Both the position numbers and the translations under genes were made by a program. A DNA stretch of 64,000 nt from a bacterium (lineage in GTDB: Bacteria; Zhuqueibacterota; Zhuqueibacteria; Residuimicrobiales; Krinioviventaceae): contig OY843751.1 of assembly GCA_963693055.1 (NCBI GenBank), positions 4,672,001 to 4,736,000 of the forward strand. The letters run 5' to 3'. Below the pieces are notes generated by a model, which was given only the letters and a program-made list of their open reading frames with translations, was not told where the DNA came from and did no database searches. This document shows positions 57,701-64,000 of the stretch, in pieces (position 1 is the first letter of the stretch; each line of letters opens with the position of its first letter).

Positions 57701-60084
57701 TCAATAAATACAGTTGTGTTAGGATTGTAAGGATCCTCAACATTGCTGCTCCAATATTTAAAACGGAAACCTTCGGCAGGGAATGCCTGAATAGGTACTT
57801 GATCACCAATATCATAAACATGGTTACCAATAGCAGGGCTGGTTGTGCCCCAAGTATTTACATTTCTAGCCATGGTAAGTGTAGCTTCACGTTTTTCTTC
57901 AAAGTTCGCAGTAACGGTTTGACCGGTACCCGGTACAGTATAAGTATGGCTGCGGGCACCAGCATCGCTCCAGGAGGTAAATACATATGTTAATTCTCCC
58001 ACTTCCTGAATGGCATCAGTCGTAAGGGTATGATTACTGCCAACTACCCATGAAAAAGTTTGTGGCGTGGAATAGGTAACACCATCCACTGTAAAATCCA
58101 ATCCTGCTATACTGGTATTTACAGTAACATCAACAACCAGATTATAATTTGCTGTAACTGATTTTGGGGCATCCATTAATAAACTAGTAGGTGTAGTTGT
58201 ACCGCTTAGGCTACCTGTCCAGCCAACAAAATCATATCCACCAGCTACAGTTGTACTAATATTTGCTGTAGCACCTGCGTTATACCATTGTCCCGGAGGA
58301 GCAGGAGTTGTATTACCACCCGCATCAGGATTTTCTGTCATGGTAAGATAATATTGTGTCTGCCATGCAGCGGTAACTGTTTTTGGACCATCCATTGTAA
58401 AGCTATGGCTGGCATCGGTACCGCTATATGCTCCACTCCAGCTCTGGAATAGATGCTGAGTACCCGTTGAAACATCGGGTGTTGTAACGCCAAATGTAGC
58501 ACTGGCGCCAGAATTATACCAGGCTTCGCCGGTAGGACTGCCATGATCAGAAACAACATCAAGATAATACTGGGTAGTCCAGGCGGCTGTTACCGTCTTG
58601 GGACCATTCATAGTAATCGTATAACTGGATTCTGTACCGGTATGGTCTCCACTCCATCCGCTCAACACATAACGGGTTTCAGAGTCACCATCCGGAGTTG
58701 TTACCGATACGGTTGGTGTTGTTCCACCATTATGCCAGCCGGCTCCCTGGGGATTACCATGATCGGAATTTACAATCAATTGATATTGAGTTGTAAAATT
58801 CGCGGTAACCGTTTGATTTGTTGAAGGTACGGTATATGTTTGGGGATTTGTTCCTGTATTGCCCCAGTTGTAAAATACATATTGGGTACCTGCGCCCCCA
58901 CTCTGGGTTGTGCTTTCTACTTCAAGTGTATGCGTTTCACTTGAAACCCAGGTAAAGGTATGCGGGGCAGTATATGTAGTTCCATCCACTTCAAAATCTA
59001 AACCGGATGGACTTGTATTAATAGTAATATCAACTTCAGTTCCAAAATTTGCAGTAACGCTTTTGGCCGAGTTCATGGTCAGGTTTTGAGGCAGGGTTTT
59101 ACCTGTTAACGCTCCGGTAAAACCGGCCCACTGATAACCGGAATTGGTTGTGGTGTTGATTGACAATACGGTTCCGGAATCATGCCAGCCGCTGTCCTCA
59201 CTGATTGTACCACCAGCAGGAGGATTTACAGCAGTTGTTAAATAATATTGAGTTGTCCAGGCAGCCGTAACTGTCTTGGGACTATTCATAGTAATATTAA
59301 AACTGGTTTCACTGCCAGTATGATCTCCGCTCCAGCTATCCAATACATAACGGGTACCGCTGGTACCATCGGGAGAGGTAACCGAAACTCCAGCAAAAGT
59401 ACCGGCGTTTTTCCAACCTTGTCCTGTAGCACTACCATGAGCAGAATTGACGGTTAAATAATATTGTGTATCAAAATTTCCGGTTATTGTTGCATTGCTG
59501 GATCCCACCACATAAGTTTGCGGATTAGAGCTTGTATTGCTCCAGGCATCAAAAACATATTGTATTCCGGTAGCGCCACTCTGGGTTTCGTTCGCTACTT
59601 GAATACTATGAGATGAACCCTGCTCCCAGGGAAAGGTCTGTGATGATGTATAAGTTGTGCCATCAACAACAAATGCCCGACCAGCCGGGGAAGTGGTTAC
59701 TGTAATATCATGAGAGGGACGAATCAGTGTCAAAGTCCCAACATCTTGACCACCAGAATTGTCCAAAGTAACATCAGTTGAAACTGTACCACCACTGCCA
59801 TCAAATATATCAATATGTAAAACATCTCCTGCGTTCCACGTTAATTGATCTTTGAGCTGAATTGAAAACTCGTGTAGTACAGCATCATATTTCGAACCAG
59901 GAGCATCTTTATGTATTTGGGTTCCAGGGCTTGTTGAAATATAAGCATTCCAATCGACATCTGCAGGAAAAGAACCATCACTATATTGTAAATGACCACC
60001 AATAAGGTTAAACCCATCAGCAAAACTTTTACCTGTAAAGAATAAAAGAATGAATAAATAAAGTATTAATAGATTTTTTTTCAC
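54703..60084 (-). CDS. Large secreted repeat protein (divergent InlB B-repeat/Flg_new-like repeats, ZU5-like and PKD-like regions, C-terminal sorting domain)
   Basis: Signal peptide; many repeats YxLT...G....GY.F.GWSG....MD.PK.VTA.(F/W); IPENAL...FGPAGLTF; YQFSWGDG; EQNYPNPFNP. Confidence 0.85.
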   Translation of the reverse strand: MKKNLLILYLFILLFFTGKSFADGFNLIGGHLQYSDGSFPADVDWNAYISTSPGTQIHKDAPGSKYDAVLHEFSIQLKDQLTWNAGDVLHIDIFDGSGGTVSTDVTLDNSGGQDVGTLTLIRPSHDITVTTSPAGRAFVVDGTTYTSSQTFPWEQGSSHSIQVANETQSGATGIQYVFDAWSNTSSNPQTYVVGSSNATITGNFDTQYYLTVNSAHGSATGQGWKNAGTFAGVSVTSPDGTSGTRYVLDSWSGDHTGSETSFNITMNSPKTVTAAWTTQYYLTTAVNPPAGGTISEDSGWHDSGTVLSINTTTNSGYQWAGFTGALTGKTLPQNLTMNSAKSVTANFGTEVDITINTSPSGLDFEVDGTTYTAPHTFTWVSSETHTLEVESTTQSGGAGTQYVFYNWGNTGTNPQTYTVPSTNQTVTANFTTQYQLIVNSDHGNPQGAGWHNGGTTPTVSVTTPDGDSETRYVLSGWSGDHTGTESSYTITMNGPKTVTAAWTTQYYLDVVSDHGSPTGEAWYNSGASATFGVTTPDVSTGTQHLFQSWSGAYSGTDASHSFTMDGPKTVTAAWQTQYYLTMTENPDAGGNTTPAPPGQWYNAGATANISTTVAGGYDFVGWTGSLSGTTTPTSLLMDAPKSVTANYNLVVDVTVNTSIAGLDFTVDGVTYSTPQTFSWVVGSNHTLTTDAIQEVGELTYVFTSWSDAGARSHTYTVPGTGQTVTANFEEKREATLTMARNVNTWGTTSPAIGNHVYDIGDQVPIQAFPAEGFRFKYWSSNVEDPYNPNTTVFIDNDKTVLAVFGKQDFTLTMVADPAEGGTTDPEPGEHTYNTYSLVDLTAIPNAGYRFVGWSNNVDDTTSASSTIRIIQDETVTAKFEKITYTLNIGPDPVGGGTTVPTAGEYDYDSGAVVNISATALSGYRFVKWSGGVTDSTKASTTVVMSKDKNVLAHFEPDEFTLDISVSPENAGTTDPAVGQYVLGVDSVVSLEAIAAEGYRFANWTGGVADADVNLTTVTMNGNKQIVANFIKLGDVRITTDPPGRSIVVDGESYIAPQDFEWEAGSVHTIAISEDSTTQFSGQGTRYQFDTWSDDGAQSHNITVNGVLVYSALFDTEYLLTTAVDPEEGGTVTPPAPGDWYAAEAKVELVAEPDTANGFRFIGWTGDLTGKATPDTLVMDGPKSVTASFGRLKQVVVATVPESLTVSIDGMKYKTPFTFSWEENSIHTISADTLKSGGTGIRYYFTDWSDEKSREHVVTVKTDTTFTANYMTQFYLSTHVDPEDGGEVTPASPGAWFDMGEEIPVTAIPNEESGYVFVEWSGDLLSESNPDTVVMDSAMTITATFSSGDVDAPELVYAFPAPNSKKVPVNSPVQFKLRDLGTSVNLATLMFTVEGVDVLRNGADQTGGYASVEYKGQSCIVYYEPETAFQPDSTINVHIQCEDTSPVTNSIDSSFTFQTGIASVVHTAKDTLTIAGGIVFDDTTGIAVSIPENALIDTTEISISVVDGYPELPEGSHGMALAIHFGPAGLTFADSVTISIPYTQEVLDSAGVDSPEELTVFYYSVLSGEWTVLEIFSYDENNIYVKVLEFCYLTLGQRQMTIAQPAMPEGQTNLMIDQYYGFATSKVVSTVGETVEYQFSWGDGTASAWSADTTAAHKWSEKGDYAIVAFARSKVDTSMKTSSDTLWVSIIESGIEESKVLPKTFKLEQNYPNPFNPQTTIQYQVPKAANVVIDIYNINGQKIRTLIDDQKAAGFHTAIWDGRNDLGLQVSTGLYFMQMRAGDYVNTIKMSFLK

Positions 60085-60118
60085 GTTGTACCTCTATCTA
60101 TTTATATGAATTGTATAA

Positions 60119-61102
60119 TTACCTGATCATAATCGCTTTTGAGCGTCTTGTCAGCGTTTCACCTTTTAATTCCAGAAAATACGTTCCGCTGCCCAGTTTA
60201 TCACCGGCATCGTTCTTGCCGTCCCAAACAGTCTGATATTCACCTGCGTTTTTATATTGCGCGATTAATGTTCTTACACGCTTTCCAAGGGTGTTATAAA
60301 CTGTCAACTTTACATACTGTGAACGATCGAGCCCGAAACTGATCATGGTTTCCGGATTAAAAGGATTCGGATAATTCTGCATTAACCGGATATCCTGCGG
60401 TGCTGACAACTGATCTGACGCTATTCCAACCGGATATTCCAGCGTTACAAGATCCGTACTGTCAGAATCCTGATCGGTTAGAATAATTTCAACAGATCCG
60501 GTTGCGGTTTGATTATCATCAATGTCAATATGCAAGGTATCACCTGCCGCCCAGTTTGAAAAATCCGTACATTCAAGCACAAACGCTCCAGTTGTATTGT
60601 CATAATAGGATGAATCTGTAGAACCCAAAATCTCATCAGGCCGGGTTGTTATAAAAGCAGTCCAGTTAATTGCAGCCGGAATAGTTTCATTTACATATTG
60701 AACAAAACCATATACCGGATGTTCTGTTTCCTGAACCTGTGTCAAAACAACAATACCCGCGTTATCATAGGCGTCATAGCTCAATACTACATCAAGGGTG
60801 GCAGCAAAATTCTGAGTATCTGTAAATTCCACATGCAAAGTTTCATCCGCCGCCCAACTGGAAAAAGCCGAACATTGAATCAAAAAATTACCGGTATTTT
60901 GATCATACATGGATGTTGTGGGTTGCTCAAAAACCAATACATCTTTAGGACGTGTGGTAATATATGCCGTCCAGTATATATCTTGCGGAAAGCTTTCATC
61001 CTCGTATTGCAGGGTACCTATTACACTATGCGGTGCAGCAGCAAAAAGAGACGCGTTGGCAAGGGTAAATAGCAATACAGCTAATATGTTAAATATTTTC
61101 AT
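60119..61102 (-). CDS. Secreted protein with two tandem copies of an unnamed ~95-aa module and a C-terminal sorting domain
   Basis: H.V.G..QY.....P..I.WTA.ITTRP.....C..FS.WAA..TLH twice; LMQNYPNPFNP. Confidence 0.85.
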   Translation of the reverse strand: MKIFNILAVLLFTLANASLFAAAPHSVIGTLQYEDESFPQDIYWTAYITTRPKDVLVFEQPTTSMYDQNTGNFLIQCSAFSSWAADETLHVEFTDTQNFAATLDVVLSYDAYDNAGIVVLTQVQETEHPVYGFVQYVNETIPAAINWTAFITTRPDEILGSTDSSYYDNTTGAFVLECTDFSNWAAGDTLHIDIDDNQTATGSVEIILTDQDSDSTDLVTLEYPVGIASDQLSAPQDIRLMQNYPNPFNPETMISFGLDRSQYVKLTVYNTLGKRVRTLIAQYKNAGEYQTVWDGKNDAGDKLGSGTYFLELKGETLTRRSKAIMIR

Positions 61103-61115
61103 AGTGTTCCTGTCG

Positions 61116-63764
61116 TTATCGAATTAATATAGCTTTCATCTGCTTTTTAAAATTACTGCTTTCCATAACATAAAAATACATACCACTGGGCACATTCAAT
61201 CCGGAATCATTTTTTCCGTTCCAGACAACCTGGTAAGAACCGGCAGATTTCTGTCCGTCAACCAGAGTTCTGATTTGCTGTCCCATGGTATTGTAAACAT
61301 TTAATTTCACATAGTCATCCTGAGGCAACGCGTAACGGATCAATGTTTCAGGATTAAATGGGTTCGGGTAATTCTGTGTCAAAGTGTAACTGGAAGGTAA
61401 TTCAGTTACTGTGTTTGTTAAATTTAAAACTTTATCAGCAGCCTGATCAGTTAAAACAATATTTGACTCGAACACAGTATTGCCTTTACTATCCAGGCAG
61501 GCAATGTTCAGATTTTTACCAATTGCCCATCCATTGGGTAAAGAGGCAATTTGTAATGCAAAGACACCGTCTTTAAGCTGGCTACCCGGTGATGTGGTTG
61601 TAACAAAAGCGCTTGCATCGTCGTTCAACCATGCTTTAACCAAAGCAATTTGATTTTCTGACCGTGGTATAGAACCATAAACCATATGGGGGACAGTCAA
61701 AGCAGAAGCAGCATTGCCGGTTCCCTTTGCAAGGGCGGATCTGGCATTCACAGTGCTGCCAGAGGGCCATGAAACATCTGATGTCACATTAACATAATAG
61801 GGATAGCCAATGGTTGTGGTAAAATCAGTGCTCGACAATCCCGGAATATACTGATAATACCCCTGGATAGATGCATCCCAATAGGCTACACTGGTACAAC
61901 TGGTTATATCTGCCTGCAATTGACTTGCAAGGGTGATATCAGACCTGTCTAGCGGCAGCATAATTTCATTAAAATCAGTAGTTGGAGTGGTCACCAATGA
62001 ATATGTAGGATCCGTCAAGGTTCCGGTAATTGTAAAAATAGAATTGTCTACAACATTGACATAATAAGGATACCCTGCATATACAACAAAATTGGTACTT
62101 GACAGCCCGGGGATGTATTGATAATAACCCTGAATTGTAGGTTCCCAGTAAGCTACAGAAGTACAATTGAGAATGGCACTTGCAAGATCACTCGCGTCAC
62201 TGATATTGGCAACATTTAAAGGTAAAGCAATTTCATTAAAATCCGTTGTGGGTGTGGTGATCAAATTAAAATCAAACTCACCATAGATCTCAGAAGGTTC
62301 ACTTTCAGAACCGTTCAATGCGGTAACCGCGTAATAATAATTAACAGCAGCATTACCTGCAACATTACCGGTATCTGTCCATTGTACACCCGCTGTTCCG
62401 CCATCCTGATCGATTATTGCGGAAGCAACCCGGTTGGTTCCATTTTGTCTGTCTGGTACAAAATCAGGTGATGTACCACGATACACATTATACGAAGAAG
62501 CTCCGGAAACTGAATTAAAAGTGAGTTTTAAATTCGTCGTATTTACCTTTACGGCCGATGTAATGGTTGTGGGATCTAAAATCTCCTGGCCATTATTTTT
62601 AACACCCGTGACAGTAATAGGTCCATACTTTTCGTTATACCAGCCGGACGTATTAAAACTGGAATGCGCAACCCATACGGTCATTCCTGCCTGCGCCAAC
62701 TCGGAAACACCATCATCCCAGGGAGCGGCAAGCGAATCACTCCATACGCCACCTTCCAATACTCTGATCTGCTCATTGGCTCTTCTGGAATTGTAATACA
62801 TCAGCGTTCCGTCAGAAAAAGAAGTAACACGCATATAAGGGCCGCTGGTATTGGCGAACATGATTGTATCGCCACCTACATAATGGTTCCAGGTACCATT
62901 ACCCGGTTCTGGCGCACTTGAACAATACATTGCGGTTTCGTAAAATGTCCCATCATATTCCGCCAGGGTTTTATCGCACCAGGATACATATATATTTCCA
63001 TTTACAATTGTCATATTAGGATTGGTACCCAAATGGCCCACTGCACCATCAATTCCGGTAACATTTGTCCAATCACTATCAGAGGTCGACATGTATTTAA
63101 AAATCGCAGACCGCGGATCACCCTTCATACGGGCCAATACATAAAGGTAACCACTGTTACTGGCATACAGATAGGGAAACTCTCCGGAACCCAATGGAAC
63201 AGGCGCCCCCCATGTTGAACCGGTGCGTACTACATAATAAAGTAAATCATTAGCACCTTCTTCATAAATAACATAGATTTTGTTATTAAAAATGGCAATA
63301 TCCAGATTAATTTTTGATGGGGTTGTATTTACAACCTGAATTGAACCGCTCCAACTCCCGTTATACCAGGTCTTGTACCATATCATGCCATTTTGGGTGC
63401 AATATACAATATGCATTTTTCCGGTTTCATCAAATGTCATTCCTACATTACGTAAAGGGTACGAATGCTCATCACCACCAAAAACAATTCTGGTATCATC
63501 ATCTATAATTTCTGCACTTGACCATGAGCCATCGCTTTTACGGTAAACATGTTTCATATCACCCTCTTTGACCCATATAACATGCGGACGATTATTGGTG
63601 GGGTCTACTGCAACATTGGCACTATGGCCGCCAATTTGTTCAAGGGTTACCATGGGAATTATTTCAAGATCGTCTATGGATGCACTAAAAGCATTTATAA
63701 CGAACAACAGACTGAAAATTAAAATCAGTCCAATAAAATTAAAAGGAACACGTATCCTGGTCAT
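61116..63764 (-). CDS. Large secreted protein (beta-propeller-like N-region, Fn3-like segment, 89-aa tandem repeat, C-terminal sorting domain)
   Basis: ATG after AGGAG; signal peptide; repeated H(V/I)(V/I)(W/Y)...Y....WS strands; duplicated LxTTPTTDFNEIxLPL...YPYYVNV; TQNYPNPFNP. Confidence 0.8.
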   Translation of the reverse strand: MTRIRVPFNFIGLILIFSLLFVINAFSASIDDLEIIPMVTLEQIGGHSANVAVDPTNNRPHVIWVKEGDMKHVYRKSDGSWSSAEIIDDDTRIVFGGDEHSYPLRNVGMTFDETGKMHIVYCTQNGMIWYKTWYNGSWSGSIQVVNTTPSKINLDIAIFNNKIYVIYEEGANDLLYYVVRTGSTWGAPVPLGSGEFPYLYASNSGYLYVLARMKGDPRSAIFKYMSTSDSDWTNVTGIDGAVGHLGTNPNMTIVNGNIYVSWCDKTLAEYDGTFYETAMYCSSAPEPGNGTWNHYVGGDTIMFANTSGPYMRVTSFSDGTLMYYNSRRANEQIRVLEGGVWSDSLAAPWDDGVSELAQAGMTVWVAHSSFNTSGWYNEKYGPITVTGVKNNGQEILDPTTITSAVKVNTTNLKLTFNSVSGASSYNVYRGTSPDFVPDRQNGTNRVASAIIDQDGGTAGVQWTDTGNVAGNAAVNYYYAVTALNGSESEPSEIYGEFDFNLITTPTTDFNEIALPLNVANISDASDLASAILNCTSVAYWEPTIQGYYQYIPGLSSTNFVVYAGYPYYVNVVDNSIFTITGTLTDPTYSLVTTPTTDFNEIMLPLDRSDITLASQLQADITSCTSVAYWDASIQGYYQYIPGLSSTDFTTTIGYPYYVNVTSDVSWPSGSTVNARSALAKGTGNAASALTVPHMVYGSIPRSENQIALVKAWLNDDASAFVTTTSPGSQLKDGVFALQIASLPNGWAIGKNLNIACLDSKGNTVFESNIVLTDQAADKVLNLTNTVTELPSSYTLTQNYPNPFNPETLIRYALPQDDYVKLNVYNTMGQQIRTLVDGQKSAGSYQVVWNGKNDSGLNVPSGMYFYVMESSNFKKQMKAILIR

Positions 63765-64000
63765 TTCCTCTCCTGATTCAACAAAATATTTAATCTTTGC
63801 ACTATGCAAATTGTATACCTACACAGGAACAATAAAAAGTCCTGTAACTAACTGTAAATAAAGAATACATTTTTATCTACTTTTGGGCGCCTCCATCATT
63901 AACAAAACCTGTATTACAATTTTGTAATTTTATCGTAAAAGTAACATTTTTCGCTTTTCTATCTTGTCAGCGTATCGTAATGTATAAAAATACACACCAG

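Overview
64-kb chromosomal window from a diderm bacterium, probably of the FCB superphylum (KSB1/Calditrichota-like). This is inferred from five secreted proteins ending in a 'L.QN(Y/F)PNPFN' C-terminal sorting/FlgD-Ig-like domain, several Tat-signal enzymes and a cimA-containing ilv/leu operon. From left to right: (1) amidase, sulfatase and oxidoreductase; (2) an AT-rich EcoRI-type methyltransferase + DUF262/HNH nuclease islet set among nested REP-like hairpin repeats and a small TIR-bounded insertion; (3) aldo/keto reductase and an S41-like/TPR protein; (4) a tandem array of seven paralogous exported glycine-zipper proteins with hypervariable cores and a conserved C-terminal tail ending in Phe; (5) two glycoside hydrolases; (6) a tandemly duplicated promoter-leader peptide-ilvB unit with an apparent long-leader ILV attenuator, heading an ilvB-ilvN-ilvC-leuA-leuB-cimA-argJ-proC-argC-argB-argD-argA operon; (7) an eIF-2B-like protein, an antiporter, a J-domain/Trp-repeat pair, miaA and mutL; (8) a ParD-like antitoxin with a dead toxin; (9) secreted proteins and a hexamer-less microcompartment locus (three pentamers, aldehyde dehydrogenase, class II aldolase, then CHAD); (10) radC and three secreted proteins sharing an unnamed ~95-aa module. 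No rRNA, tRNA or CRISPR array was seen. All family assignments come from motif recognition by eye; no database searches were run.
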